Positions 1 to 10,992 of a stretch of DNA of 64,000 nucleotides are shown here, piece after piece. Position 1 is the first letter of the stretch, and each line of letters opens with the position of its first letter. Below the pieces are notes generated by a model. That model was not told where the DNA came from, did no database searches, and saw only the letters and a program-made list of their open reading frames with translations. This DNA is from Alphaproteobacteria bacterium. GTDB lineage: Bacteria; Pseudomonadota; Alphaproteobacteria; G965222575. The stretch spans positions 64,001 through 128,000 of the forward strand of contig OZ244958.1 of NCBI GenBank assembly GCA_965222575.1, written 5' to 3'. Position numbers and translations under genes: made by a program.

Positions 1-2167
1 CCTGATGTATTGTCATAAGACGCACACCAGAGGTGCTCATGGAAGGGGCAATCTCCTCCCCTTCACAGCGCCTAAACCATTCTAAAAATGCCCATAACCC
101 ACCCCCCTCTTGAACATCGTATGCCAATGCCTTCTCAAGAAACACCTCAATGGGATACACAACCCTCGCCCCCCCTTCCCCGCTATAAGACTCCCAACCC
201 CCCAATACTTCCAAAACATAAGAAAAAAACGAAAAAACTTTCTCCTCCCTATAATCCAAAAGAGCCTGTATCACCTCTACACTCCTATGGAACTTCGAGG
301 CTTGTAACGCTAACCACAGACTCTGATGACCTTCTGCCTTTTTCTTCTTTGTAAGATACAAAAGCTCTTGTTCGCTCAGTGACAAAAGAGGAGATTTCAA
401 AAAACAGGCCAGATTAAAATCATCTTCAGGACACACACTCACACGCGCAACGCGCAATAAATCCTGTATATATAAATAATCACTCAAGACATATCTATCT
501 TCCCCATGAAAAGGAAGGTGTGAATCTTGTAGCTTGTACAATAAGGTTTTATACATTTTCTGTTGGCGCGAGGCACACAAAATCATAATATCCTCCGGAC
601 GACAGCCCCGCCCCTCACAGCTTTTTAACCCCACAAAAGCCTTTTTATCACACAAGCGCTCAATTTCCTCTATCACACAGTCAGCAACCTTTTCAGTATC
701 CCCCCCCCCATCAGTAAGAAAACTCACCCCCCCCCGAAACCCTACTTGGCTGTAATGGGAGACTTGCTCAAAAATTTGCTGCCTTTTATCAGAAATCCCA
801 CCAGAAGAAAAATGAGATACGATAACATCTACCACTTCCAAAATCTCCTGGGCAGACCGAAAAGAATACGATAACTGCTCCTCTCGAAACACAATCCCCC
901 CAAAATACTTCTCCCTCGCTAGTAAAAAATCCTCAACCCTCGCCCCCTGAAACGCATAAATCGACTGCTTAGAATCCCCTACCACAAAAACACTAGGAAA
1001 AAGACCTCCCTCCCCCCGCCCCGAAAATGAGCCAATTTGTTGCTTCTCCTGAAGTATTTGCTGACACAAACAGGACACTATCTTCCACTGCAACAGACTA
1101 TTATCCTGAGCCTCATCTAACAAAATATGCTCAAGCCTCTCTTCCTTATCCCAAACCCACCTCTTAGACGACAGTATCTCTATAGTCTTCAACAGTAAAT
1201 CTTCATAATTCACCACATTACCTCTCTGCTTTTCCTCTTCAACACAAGAAAAGAGATGCTCGTAAAACACGCCTATATGCTTTGTAGCCTCAAAGCACGC
1301 TTTTCTAACCCTATATTCTTTTATTTTTCTCACCCTCTCTGACTCGCTATACAAGACCTCCTCTCCTTCAATGGCTTTTCTCCTTTTATGCGTCTTGGTA
1401 AAAAAGAGACCGTAATAGTCTTCAAACTTGTCCTCAGGCTGTTGAAGAAAAGCCTGCAAAACAAACAAAGACTCCTCCTTTCGTCCCTTCAAAGCACAGC
1501 GGAGGTCTTCTACATTCAGAGGGTGCAGAGCAGGAGAGGACAAGGGAAAAGAAGAAGGAAGTCTCCGTAGCTTCTCTTTGAGTGAAGGATTCCCCAACAA
1601 GGTTTTCCCAAGGTCAACAAAAGTCCGCTCCACCATACAGTGAGCAAGAGCATCAAGAGACTCCTTCAAAGACGGAGAGGGAGAACTCAAAAGCTTCTGA
1701 ACAGCAGTTTCCATAGCACTGCGGCAAGCAGAGAGGTCTAGTTGAAAATGAGGCAGAAGCCCTGCTTCAAAAGGAATTTTACAGAGCAAGGTATAACAAA
1801 AGCTATGAATCGTTTGCACAAAATCCTCAACAGTTAAAATCTCTTCAAACAATTGCCTAGCACGGTGCAACTCCTCACTCCTCGGCACTCTCCCTAACAG
1901 AGCCGTTATGTCCCCCTTCAACACTTCTTGTCCTTGAATTTGCCACTTCGTCACAGACTCATACAGTCTTGTCATCATGGAAAACCGACTAGCATTGCTA
2001 AAGGTCAAGCATAAGACACGACGCGGATGAACGCCGGCAAGAAATAAACGCAAGAGCCTATCCACTAGCGTTTTGGTCTTGCCAGACCCAGCATGGGCAG
2101 AAACCCAACTCGACCACTTAGGGTCTGAGGCATTGAACTGCTCTTTATATTGTCCTACCCCTACCAT
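1..2167 (-). CDS. addA: AddA helicase/nuclease, 3' part outside the window (not in ORF track)
   Basis: Read manually from ATG at 2167: MVGVGQYKEQFNASDPKWSSWVSAHAGSGKTKTLVDRLLRL...VLCLTFSN (UvrD motifs I/Ia). Same frame ends at the window edge in VRLMTIHQ. Directly downstream of addB. Confidence 0.9.
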   Translation of the reverse strand, partial: MVGVGQYKEQFNASDPKWSSWVSAHAGSGKTKTLVDRLLRLFLAGVHPRRVLCLTFSNASRFSMMTRLYESVTKWQIQGQEVLKGDITALLGRVPRSEELHRARQLFEEILTVEDFVQTIHSFCYTLLCKIPFEAGLLPHFQLDLSACRSAMETAVQKLLSSPSPSLKESLDALAHCMVERTFVDLGKTLLGNPSLKEKLRRLPSSFPLSSPALHPLNVEDLRCALKGRKEESLFVLQAFLQQPEDKFEDYYGLFFTKTHKRRKAIEGEEVLYSESERVRKIKEYRVRKACFEATKHIGVFYEHLFSCVEEEKQRGNVVNYEDLLLKTIEILSSKRWVWDKEERLEHILLDEAQDNSLLQWKIVSCLCQQILQEKQQIGSFSGRGEGGLFPSVFVVGDSKQSIYAFQGARVEDFLLAREKYFGGIVFREEQLSYSFRSAQEILEVVDVIVSHFSSGGISDKRQQIFEQVSHYSQVGFRGGVSFLTDGGGDTEKVADCVIEEIERLCDKKAFVGLKSCEGRGCRPEDIMILCASRQQKMYKTLLYKLQDSHLPFHGEDRYVLSDYLYIQDLLRVARVSVCPEDDFNLACFLKSPLLSLSEQELLYLTKKKKAEGHQSLWLALQASKFHRSVEVIQALLDYREEKVFSFFSYVLEVLGGWESYSGEGGARVVYPIEVFLEKALAYDVQEGGGLWAFLEWFRRCEGEEIAPSMSTSGVRLMTIHQ

Positions 2168-4719
2168 TAAGAAGACCCCTTCAATCTCTTATAACGCCAT
2201 GCCTCTCCCCGACAAAGATGCCAATACGCCTTGTGATACGGCTTAAACTCCTTCTCCACAGGTTCAAAAACTTTCCCACCTCGATAAGCCCTTATTGTGT
2301 TCACAATCTTTTCTAACGCAACATCCATCTCTTTCCCCTTCATCTCCCTTCTCTTCCACTCTTCAAAGACTCTCCAGTATTCCAAAGACGGATTCCCAAA
2401 CGCTTCACCCCCCCCAACCCCTCCTCTTTGAGCAATATACCGCTGAAGGGCTAATTGATACAGGTAAGAAGTATTCCATGTGCCTGTCTTATACTCTACA
2501 ATCCGCTGTTGTTTTTCCTCCATTCTGTCCAGCCGCGCCGTCACAGTCACAGCCGTTTCGCGCAAGTGCGCACTGCCTCTACGCTCTCCTATAACCCCTT
2601 CCCGTCTTTCTTCCCAAATAAAAGGCAATACTCTCTTAAATAAAGGCCACCAAGTGATGAACTCCCCTGCTGTCCACAGGCTTTTTAGCCTCTCATGCGC
2701 CCTCAACAACACCTCCTCGTAAGACAGCACTTCTTTGCCCCGCGCAAACAATGTCTTCAAAATCTCATGAATACAACTCCCCAATTTCGCTCTACTATAC
2801 TCCTCTTCCTTTTCTTCCTCCACAGGCCTAAGTCCCATGATATGCGTAATCAAAAACTGATAAGAATTCGTCATCAAATCACAGACAGCACTAGCACTTA
2901 AAGTAGAAGGAAAATCCTCCGGCGGGAGGCGTACCCATGGTTTCTCCATAGACGAAAACGAAAGGGGAGTCCTGAGCGCTTTCCTCCACTCCATCACAGG
3001 GTGAGTCCCACTAGAGAAGTTTCGGAGTGTCAAAAACCACGGAGAGGGAAAATCTGTTTTTTGTCCCTGAGAATAGGTCAAAAAAACCTCCCGTCCATGA
3101 CAATGATACAGTAAGTCATGGGTTTTGAGTTCCAACTGCCAATCATAAGAAGGGAACCCACAAGCAATAGCAAGAGACTCATTAAGCCAAGCCGTATGCT
3201 GTTTTTCTCCGGGCCATCTCTTAGCTGTCATACCGGGAATAATCACCCTATCAGCTGTAAGAAATCGAGCAGAAAGACTGCTACACAGGCGAATGCGTTC
3301 ACAGACCTCTTGTCCTTCTAGCGGCACAGAATCCATAAGAGAAGGCAAAATCTTCACCCATAGAGAAGCAGGAATCTTGAAGCCTTTCTCTTCCTCCATG
3401 AGCCTCTCTAAAATCTCTACCATAGTCTCAGAGGGAGTGATTAACTCCATTAAAGCCTGTTGTGCACTGATAAGCTCTGAGAGACTCACATCTTCAAGTT
3501 GCGTCACTAAACGGTAAAAAGATTCATAAGCGGGGTGAGTGCAATCTATCTGTTGACCCTCCTGCCCCACCACTGCCTCCCCCTTTGCAACAGCCGCTGC
3601 CACAAGACCCCATTTGCGCCCACACTCATTGACTTTTAACGGCACAAGCGCCCAAGGCACAATTCCCCAACGCCGCAAAACACCCTGTACATGAAGACAA
3701 AGATTCCTATCCTCAACAACCACTAAGGCTGTCTTGTCTTTCTCTTCCACAACCTGACGCAATAAAAGAGCAATAGCAGTCGCTTCCGATAAAAGAGAGT
3801 CAAACTCTAAACAATAAAGACCACCAGCATCACCACACAATACCTCCTCCTCCCCCTCCTTCTCTTCGCTCTTCTTCACAAACACCCCTTCCAACAGCTC
3901 CCCACGCACCACAGAACACTTGCTCCTCTTCGTCTCCTCAAAACACACCACCCCCCCCGCCTCCACCTCTAAGGCTTCTAACAATTCTTTCACATAGGAA
4001 AACCCCTTAGGATTCTTATAATCCTTAAGAGACATCATGGTTCTTTCAGACCCCAAAGGCACAATAACCCCCCCCTGACAACTCCCCTCCCGTACCCCTT
4101 TCACAACTTCTACCAGTAACCTCCTCACAGAAGGCCAAGTCCCTAAAATTCCCGCCACATAAATCCTCTCCTCTTCCCCTCGAGAAACAGATTGCGTAAG
4201 GCTTTCTATCCCTGTCACCACACCCCGCTTAGGACTCCTATCCCAGATACCCTCAAGTACATGAAAAAGCTCCCTTAAAAAATCTACTTTGTCACGCCAG
4301 TAAGAAGAACCATCACTGGAAAGATGCCCCCCTATTTCCCCCCAATCCACCTCATTGATAATGCCGTGATCTAAAAAATTCCCAAGAGAAACTGCTAGCT
4401 CCCACAACACCTCTTGTTCCCCTGAAAAATATCCTCTCTCCTTCAAACAGTGATACAGCAAAAGATGCCAGTGCGTTTCTGTTAACGCCCCTTCCCCAGC
4501 CCCTAAGACCTCTATGTTCGGCAACAACATAGCCCCTCCCGGCGCATGCTTCACAAGATAAGAACAAAGAAACTTTCGTGCTAAATCATGAGGTACTACG
4601 ACTTTAAGGGTAGAAAAAAGAAGGGGGTCAGAGCTGTGACGACGCAACAATTCTCGAGACAATACCTCCCAGAAGCACTGCGTATTTCTAATACCAAAGA
4701 CACCACCAGACATGCTCAA
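2167..4719 (-). CDS. addB: AddB-like double-strand break repair protein, divergent
   Basis: 850 aa; C-terminal PD-(D/E)xK-type motifs (LSASAV, LGSCIHEIL, RLDRME, EYKTG, QL); tsaE-addB-addA order typical of alphaproteobacteria. Confidence 0.8.
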   Translation of the reverse strand: MSMSGGVFGIRNTQCFWEVLSRELLRRHSSDPLLFSTLKVVVPHDLARKFLCSYLVKHAPGGAMLLPNIEVLGAGEGALTETHWHLLLYHCLKERGYFSGEQEVLWELAVSLGNFLDHGIINEVDWGEIGGHLSSDGSSYWRDKVDFLRELFHVLEGIWDRSPKRGVVTGIESLTQSVSRGEEERIYVAGILGTWPSVRRLLVEVVKGVREGSCQGGVIVPLGSERTMMSLKDYKNPKGFSYVKELLEALEVEAGGVVCFEETKRSKCSVVRGELLEGVFVKKSEEKEGEEEVLCGDAGGLYCLEFDSLLSEATAIALLLRQVVEEKDKTALVVVEDRNLCLHVQGVLRRWGIVPWALVPLKVNECGRKWGLVAAAVAKGEAVVGQEGQQIDCTHPAYESFYRLVTQLEDVSLSELISAQQALMELITPSETMVEILERLMEEEKGFKIPASLWVKILPSLMDSVPLEGQEVCERIRLCSSLSARFLTADRVIIPGMTAKRWPGEKQHTAWLNESLAIACGFPSYDWQLELKTHDLLYHCHGREVFLTYSQGQKTDFPSPWFLTLRNFSSGTHPVMEWRKALRTPLSFSSMEKPWVRLPPEDFPSTLSASAVCDLMTNSYQFLITHIMGLRPVEEEKEEEYSRAKLGSCIHEILKTLFARGKEVLSYEEVLLRAHERLKSLWTAGEFITWWPLFKRVLPFIWEERREGVIGERRGSAHLRETAVTVTARLDRMEEKQQRIVEYKTGTWNTSYLYQLALQRYIAQRGGVGGGEAFGNPSLEYWRVFEEWKRREMKGKEMDVALEKIVNTIRAYRGGKVFEPVEKEFKPYHKAYWHLCRGEAWRYKRLKGSS

Positions 4720-5174
4720 TCACACAAAGCTATCAGTGCTTCTTTCCACCTTTCCTCACTGCCCTCTAAGGACACTTCACGCCCCTGGGCTCGAAAATTG
4801 AGAGTCAGGTACAAGGTATCAGGCGCTAAAATATGACTCGCCATCTCCGGCCATTCCACCAGCATCAACCCCCCACTCATAAGCTCTTCTAATCCCAAAA
4901 ACGCAACCTCTGCCTTTGTCCGTAGCCGATACAAATCCACATGATAAACTGTGCCCCTTTGCGTCTCATAGGAAAGCACAAGAGGAAACGTAGGACTTTG
5001 AACAGCATCGACTTCAAAAGGCGAAAAAAAAGGCAACATACATCTCACTAACGTGGTTTTCCCAACACCTATAGCACCTGTAAGGGCTATGGTATCCGTA
5101 AAGGATACCTGCTTTGCTAAGCGGTTGGCAAAAAGCTCAAAAGAGGAAAATGTCGGCAAAAAAAGAGAGGGCAT
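4716..5174 (-). CDS. tsaE: tRNA t6A biosynthesis ATPase TsaE
   Basis: LTGAIGVGKTT P-loop, VQSPTF, HVDLYRL, LVEWPE. Confidence 0.95.
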   Translation of the reverse strand: MPSLFLPTFSSFELFANRLAKQVSFTDTIALTGAIGVGKTTLVRCMLPFFSPFEVDAVQSPTFPLVLSYETQRGTVYHVDLYRLRTKAEVAFLGLEELMSGGLMLVEWPEMASHILAPDTLYLTLNFRAQGREVSLEGSEERWKEALIALCD

Positions 5175-5175
5175 C

Positions 5176-6558
5176 TCAGAGCAACTCTCTTAAAACCTCA
5201 TCCACTTGCTCCTTCAAACAGGAATCACTTTCCACCAAATCAGAGATTTTCTTGATACTATAAGAGGTGGCTTGAAGCCCTCGGTTAAACTTGCGGGCTA
5301 TTTCAGCTAAAGACACTGTTGTATGACGACGGCTCAGATACATCGCTATTTGGCGCGCCCGACGAACATGCAGAACCCTCGTTCTAGAAATCATCTCCTC
5401 CACAGAACACTCAAACATAGAACAACAATACTGTTGAATCTTTTTGACAGTGAGCGCACCTTTCTTGTGATACACAGGCTTAAACAAAACTTCCACAGCC
5501 TGTAAGGTAAGAGGCAAGTTACTCAACTGATGATGAACCCATAGACGATGCAACGCACCTTGTAACTCCCTGTGCGTCTTAAAACGAGACACCAAAAACC
5601 CCACAACTTCTTTCGCAAGAGGAAGGGTATTCTGAAACAATTTCTGATTCATACTCTTGAGAACTCCTTCGCGCAAAACAGGACGACTATCAGCAATAGC
5701 ACACACCATACCGCCACACAAACGCTCCTTCAAACGGCTATGAAACGCTTCAAAAGAGCCAGTATTCTGCGCACAGATAATACGTCCTCCTTTTTCTATA
5801 ATCCTATCCATCACATAACACGCTTCCTTTTGACATTGAGGCTTCTTCTCCAGAAACTGAATATCATCCATCAGTAGCATATCAGAATGACACAAAGAGG
5901 CTTTATAAGCTCCTACGGTTTTGTTCCTCAAGGACTCTACAAACTGGTTCACAAACACTTCCGTGGGTAAAAACCTCACCTTCTCAGACGGGCGCACTTT
6001 CTCTATATAGTTACGCACACTCTGCAGCAAATGTGTTTTCCCAACACCAACAGACCCACGAATCAAAAGAGACTGAAAAGGTAATTGACGATTTTCTACA
6101 AAACGCTTTGCCATACTATAGGCAACGTTATTTTCTTCCCCCACAACAAAGGTCTCAAATGTCCCTTGATACTTCTTTTCACAACAATGAACAGTTGGCT
6201 TGTCTTCTTGAACAGGCCGTTTAGTGGTCACTTGAAAATCTACTTGCCTAAGAGAGGGCCAAATAACAGTAGCAACCTTAAAGAGAACAACCCTATAGTT
6301 CGATTTTACCCAATCCCTTCTAAAAGGAGTCAAAAAAGAAAAGATGACCTCTATCTCTCCCGCGCGGTGTACCCCCATAGAAGCAAACCAATGAGAAAAT
6401 TCCCCCTCCTTGACCGCAGATTTTAACGCCCTAAAAAACAGCGCAACTTCCTGTTGAGAAGATGAGAGAACCCCTTGTTGAGAGGAAGTAATAATAGGAG
6501 AGGATTTTTCCTTCACTAAGGAAAGTTCTCCTCTACATAACTTCCCCAACTCTTTCAT
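5176..6558 (-). CDS. dnaA: Chromosomal replication initiator DnaA
   Basis: TFETFVVGEEN, GSVGVGKTHLL, MDDIQFL, RARQIAMYLSR (domain IV). Confidence 0.93.
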   Translation of the reverse strand: MKELGKLCRGELSLVKEKSSPIITSSQQGVLSSSQQEVALFFRALKSAVKEGEFSHWFASMGVHRAGEIEVIFSFLTPFRRDWVKSNYRVVLFKVATVIWPSLRQVDFQVTTKRPVQEDKPTVHCCEKKYQGTFETFVVGEENNVAYSMAKRFVENRQLPFQSLLIRGSVGVGKTHLLQSVRNYIEKVRPSEKVRFLPTEVFVNQFVESLRNKTVGAYKASLCHSDMLLMDDIQFLEKKPQCQKEACYVMDRIIEKGGRIICAQNTGSFEAFHSRLKERLCGGMVCAIADSRPVLREGVLKSMNQKLFQNTLPLAKEVVGFLVSRFKTHRELQGALHRLWVHHQLSNLPLTLQAVEVLFKPVYHKKGALTVKKIQQYCCSMFECSVEEMISRTRVLHVRRARQIAMYLSRRHTTVSLAEIARKFNRGLQATSYSIKKISDLVESDSCLKEQVDEVLRELL

Positions 6559-6865
6559 TAAGCTACCTTCTTACTAGACTCTCTCATAGCAAATTCCTAT
6601 CTTCAACTCTCTAACTACTACTAACTTCCTATAACTTCATGCTCCATCGCTCCTCGAAAGGAGAGAATAATTTACCATACCACTGCCTCAAAAACTTCTC
6701 AAGAGACAAGCTTAAGACGCTTATAATTCCAGTGATTTTGAAATGAGTAAAACCCTTCTTCACCACCCTCCGCTTCTCTTCATTTTCAAAAAACATTGAA
6801 GCTATAAGGACATTTCCTATAGAATCACCACACGCAAAACACCCACCCCCAATGCCCTCTCTTCC

Positions 6866-8437
6866 ATGAGCCGCCACACCCCCTTTCCCACAACATCTTG
6901 GCCCTTCCATATCGCCGAGGAAATCTTCACCCAACGCAAGAAAACAGATAGCGTGCGATTCCAAACAGGCTATGGTCCTTCAGGACTCCCTCATATTGGA
7001 ACATTCTGTGAAGTCGCACGTACAACAATGGTACGAAAAGCTTTGGCGTATCAATTTGGAAAAAAAACAGAACTTATTTGCTTTTCCGATGACATGGACG
7101 GATTGCGCACCTTACCTCAGACCCTTCCAAACCCTGAAAAATACCAAGAATTCCTCCACAAACCCCTCTGTCACATTCCCGACCCTTACGGAAAAGCTCA
7201 GAGCTTCGCTCAAGGCAACAATGACAGACTCAAAGCCTTTTTAGAGGCCTTTGGATTCGACTATACCTTCATAAGCGCTCAAGACGCTTACACCTCCGGG
7301 CGCTTCGATAAAATGCTCCTCAAAATACTGAAGCACCATGACAAAATCGTCAACTTACTACTTCCCACCTTAGGGGAAAAAAGACGCAAGACCTACAGTC
7401 CCTTTTTGCCCATTTCACCAACAACCGGCAGACTCCTTCAGACAAAAATCTTGGAAACCCATCCCAACCACGGAACAGTGGTCTTTCAAGATGAACAGGG
7501 AAAACTCACAGAACTGCCCGTAACAGGAGGACAGTGCAAACTCCAATGGAAAGCCGATTGGGGCATGCGTTGGGCAGCACTTGGGATTGATTTTGAAATG
7601 TATGGCAAAGACTTAATAGAATCTGCCGCACTGGCTGAAAAAATCTGTAAAATCTTAGGAGAAAAACCACCTGTTCTCTCCTTCTATGAACTGTTCTTAG
7701 ATGAAGAGGGAAAGAAAATCTCAAAATCTAAAGGCAATGGATTATCCATGGAGCAATGGCTAAGATACGGCTCAAAAGAAAGTCTTTTGTGGTTTCTATA
7801 CCAGCACCCCAAACGCGCCAAACGATTACACCTCGCCGGCATACCCAAAGCTATGGATGATTACTTCACAGCCCTTAAAACTTCTCCCTCCATTCCCCCT
7901 CAAAACCTCCCTCATCACCCCTTATGGCACATCCATCAGGGAAATATTCCCTCCTACAAAACAGCCCCTACCCTCTCCTTTTCTCTCTTGATAAATCTCG
8001 CTAGCGCCTGCCATGTAGACAATCCCAATATCCTCTGGAAGTTTATCAAAAAATACGACCCCAATACCAGTGAAAACTCGCCTGTTATGCAACAATTGCT
8101 ACAAAACATCCTTCACTATTATCAAGATATCTTCAAGCCCCTTCGTCAACCAAGACCCCCTACAGGAAAGGAAATCAAAGCCCTCAATGCCTTAAAAATC
8201 GCTTTCTCTAACCTCAAAACCCCAAAAGAAGAAGAAATTCAAACAACCATCTTTCAGGTAGGAAAAGCACAAGGATATGAAAAAATAAGCCAGTGGTTTC
8301 AATGCCTCTATGAAATTTTACTAGGCCACAAACAAGGCCCGCGACTTGGCTCTTTCATCTTCCTGTACGGCCTTAACAATACCTGCCTCCTCATCGACCA
8401 AGCCCTCTGCTATCATGCCAACAACCATTCAAGTTAA
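6866..8437 (+). CDS. lysS: Lysine--tRNA ligase, class I
   Basis: TGYGPSGLPHIGT (HIGH-like), KLQWKADW, KISKSKGNG, QGPRLGSF. Confidence 0.95.
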   Translation: MSRHTPFPTTSWPFHIAEEIFTQRKKTDSVRFQTGYGPSGLPHIGTFCEVARTTMVRKALAYQFGKKTELICFSDDMDGLRTLPQTLPNPEKYQEFLHKPLCHIPDPYGKAQSFAQGNNDRLKAFLEAFGFDYTFISAQDAYTSGRFDKMLLKILKHHDKIVNLLLPTLGEKRRKTYSPFLPISPTTGRLLQTKILETHPNHGTVVFQDEQGKLTELPVTGGQCKLQWKADWGMRWAALGIDFEMYGKDLIESAALAEKICKILGEKPPVLSFYELFLDEEGKKISKSKGNGLSMEQWLRYGSKESLLWFLYQHPKRAKRLHLAGIPKAMDDYFTALKTSPSIPPQNLPHHPLWHIHQGNIPSYKTAPTLSFSLLINLASACHVDNPNILWKFIKKYDPNTSENSPVMQQLLQNILHYYQDIFKPLRQPRPPTGKEIKALNALKIAFSNLKTPKEEEIQTTIFQVGKAQGYEKISQWFQCLYEILLGHKQGPRLGSFIFLYGLNNTCLLIDQALCYHANNHSS

Positions 8438-9260
8438 GGCCCCTGCTAAACTGAACCTCTTCTTACAGCTCACGGGACTTCGAGCAGATGGGTATCACCT
8501 GATTCATAGCTATGTCCTCTTTCTTTCTCTGTGTGACACCCTGCACATCACATACCCAGGACACAACCTTCTCACCTCCAAACTCACCATAACAAAAGAG
8601 AACACTGTCCTCAGAGCAGCGCAAGCTTTAGGCTTACACGCTGATTTTCTCCTAGAGAAATCCATCCCCCTAGGCGCCGGACTAGGAGGCGGCGCAGCAG
8701 ACGCCGCCGCTTGCCTCAGAGGCCTGCTCTCCTTCATGCCCCACTCTGAAAAAAAACCCTCTAAAAAGAAAATACTAGACATCTGCCTCTCCATTGGCGC
8801 CGATGTGCCCATTTGCTACTACAAAACCCCATGCCTAGTGCAGGGCATTGGAGAACTCTTAACACCCCTGCCACCCCCAACAACTGAACTAGGCTTTCTC
8901 ATCATCTATCCCAACTTCCCTTTAAGCACACAAGAAGTCTTCCAAAAAAATAACCAACCCTTTCAACCACCTCCACTCCCTATCCCCCAACACTTTACTT
9001 CTCTTAAGCACTTCCTAACCTACCTCAACGCACACACCAACAGCCTAACCCCTACCGCTATTGCCCTTTACCCTCCCATCAAACACATCTTAAAAGCTTT
9101 AGAAATGACATCCTCTTGTCTTTTAGCACAAATGACAGGAAGCGGAAGTGCTTGCTTCGGTCTCTTTCCTACCCTTTCTCACGCTCAACAAGCCTTAAAA
9201 CCCCTCAAAAAAACCTTTTCAGACTGTCAACTCATAGCCTGTAGCGTACTTAAGACCTAA
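8415..9260 (+). CDS. ispE: 4-diphosphocytidyl-2-C-methyl-D-erythritol kinase
   Basis: APAKLNLFL, IPLGAGLGGG, GADVP, MTGSGSACF; start set at ATG 8415. Confidence 0.93.
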   Translation: MPTTIQVKAPAKLNLFLQLTGLRADGYHLIHSYVLFLSLCDTLHITYPGHNLLTSKLTITKENTVLRAAQALGLHADFLLEKSIPLGAGLGGGAADAAACLRGLLSFMPHSEKKPSKKKILDICLSIGADVPICYYKTPCLVQGIGELLTPLPPPTTELGFLIIYPNFPLSTQEVFQKNNQPFQPPPLPIPQHFTSLKHFLTYLNAHTNSLTPTAIALYPPIKHILKALEMTSSCLLAQMTGSGSACFGLFPTLSHAQQALKPLKKTFSDCQLIACSVLKT

Positions 9261-10053
9261 TCTTCCACCCCTTATCCCATGCCACATAACAGAACCCTAA
9301 CACCACCACATCTAACACCCCTAGAAAAACCAAAGACACTGCAACAGGCATATCACTCACGCCAATAGCCCCATACCGAAAAACATCAATCAGATAAAAA
9401 AACGGATTAAAATAGCTTACATACTGCAAGACTAAGGGCAGGTCTGCTATGGAATAAAACGCTCCTGATAACATAGAAAAAGGGGCAATAATAAAGTTCG
9501 ATACAAAGGCCATATTCTGAAAACTTTTCGACCACATACCAGCAAGAAAACCAAATCCCCCCATAATACTCCCTTGCAAAAAACAGGCCACCACCATAAT
9601 AGGAAGAGACACAGGAAACGGGGCGCGAATAAAGAAAAAGACAACTAAAAAGGTCAAAAAGGCAATGAGAAAACTACGCGTCATACTCACGCCAATATGG
9701 GCAACAAGGACTTCAAAAGACCCAAGAGGCGGCCTGATAATATCTAAAATACTGCCCGTAATCTTCGCCATGACAAGAGTAGAACTGCTATTCATGAAAG
9801 CATTTTGTATCACCATCATGGAAATCAGGCCCGGATAAAGAAAAATTAAAAAAGAAGACCCTTGAAAACTCGCCGACTCTACGCGCCCCTTGAAAATAAT
9901 AGCCATAATTAGCAAAAACAAAAGCGCATTAATACACGGCCACACCAAGGTCTGACCAGCAATGCTAAACAGGCGATTGACTTCCTGAATGTACAATACC
10001 TTAAGCCCCTTCCAATTAATCATATGGGGATAACGCTTCATCATGCCTCCCAA
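9250..10053 (-). CDS. ABC-2 type transporter permease (YadH-like)
   Basis: About six hydrophobic segments; FLYPGL, SGAFYSI, NPFFYLIDVFRYG. Confidence 0.85.
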   Translation of the reverse strand: MGGMMKRYPHMINWKGLKVLYIQEVNRLFSIAGQTLVWPCINALLFLLIMAIIFKGRVESASFQGSSFLIFLYPGLISMMVIQNAFMNSSSTLVMAKITGSILDIIRPPLGSFEVLVAHIGVSMTRSFLIAFLTFLVVFFFIRAPFPVSLPIMVVACFLQGSIMGGFGFLAGMWSKSFQNMAFVSNFIIAPFSMLSGAFYSIADLPLVLQYVSYFNPFFYLIDVFRYGAIGVSDMPVAVSLVFLGVLDVVVLGFCYVAWDKGWKIRS

Positions 10054-10065
10054 AAATCCCGTTAC

Positions 10066-10992
10066 TTAATCTTGTATGACAATATGGTGTTGAAGCTTTT
10101 TCAAAGCCTCTTGTTCAATCTGTCTCACTCGTTCGCGACTAATGCCAAAACGAGTGCTGAGAACTTGCAACGTCTCAACAGGCTCTTTTAACTTTCTTGC
10201 ACGCACAATTTCCTGCTCGCGTGGTGATAAAGCCTTCAAAGCCTTTTTCAGTTGGCGACACAAACCCTGCTTCTCTTCAGAATCCTCTAGCACACTCTGT
10301 TGAGATAACGCCGCTTGATCCACCATAGTGCCTATCCATTCTTCTCCTGTGTCTCCCCTAAGAGGCGCATTTAAGGATTGATCATGATAAGTCAACGCTC
10401 TATCCATCACCACCACATCATTTTTATCAATGCCCATCCGCCTAGCAAGAACACTCGCTTCCAAAGAAGACAATGTCCCATCAAAACGTTGAATATCCTC
10501 TTTAAGGCGCCGGAGATTAAAGAAAAGCTTTTTCTGGCTAGAGGTCTTGCCAATTCTTACCAAAGACCAAGATTTCAGGATATATTCTTGAATCGTAGCT
10601 CTAATCCACCAAATCGCGTAAGTAGAAAGGCGAAATCCCTTATCAGGATTAAACCGTTTGACCGCCTGCATAAGACCAATATTGCCTTCCGATATCATAT
10701 CAGGCATAGCAAGACCATACCCCTTATATTGTACTGCCATTTTTGCTACTAGTCGCAAGTGAGAGGTCACAAGCCGATGTGCCGCCTCCAGATCATTGCG
10801 TTCACGCCAAGCTTGGGCGAGTTTTACTTCCTCTTCTTTTCCTAAGATAGGCACTGCGTGAATCCCACGAAGATACGCCTTTAAGCCTCCTTTTTCAGAG
10901 GGATCCAAAAAAGGCATCGCCTGTACTTCAGGACGCGGCGGGAGAGTCACCTCTTTGCTCTTTTCAGAGGGAGTTTTACCTAAATCATTCAT
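10066..10992 (-). CDS. rpoH: RNA polymerase sigma-32 factor
   Basis: SHLRLV, EGNIGLMQAVKRF, TYAIWWIRA, RpoH box QKKLFFNLRR, SRERVRQIE. Confidence 0.93.
   Translation of the reverse strand: MNDLGKTPSEKSKEVTLPPRPEVQAMPFLDPSEKGGLKAYLRGIHAVPILGKEEEVKLAQAWRERNDLEAAHRLVTSHLRLVAKMAVQYKGYGLAMPDMISEGNIGLMQAVKRFNPDKGFRLSTYAIWWIRATIQEYILKSWSLVRIGKTSSQKKLFFNLRRLKEDIQRFDGTLSSLEASVLARRMGIDKNDVVVMDRALTYHDQSLNAPLRGDTGEEWIGTMVDQAALSQQSVLEDSEEKQGLCRQLKKALKALSPREQEIVRARKLKEPVETLQVLSTRFGISRERVRQIEQEALKKLQHHIVIQD

Noticed and set aside
6559-6865. oriC upstream of dnaA
   Set aside because: No DnaA-box cluster. The perfect boxes seen (16239, 48921, ~59331) are isolated and inside genes.
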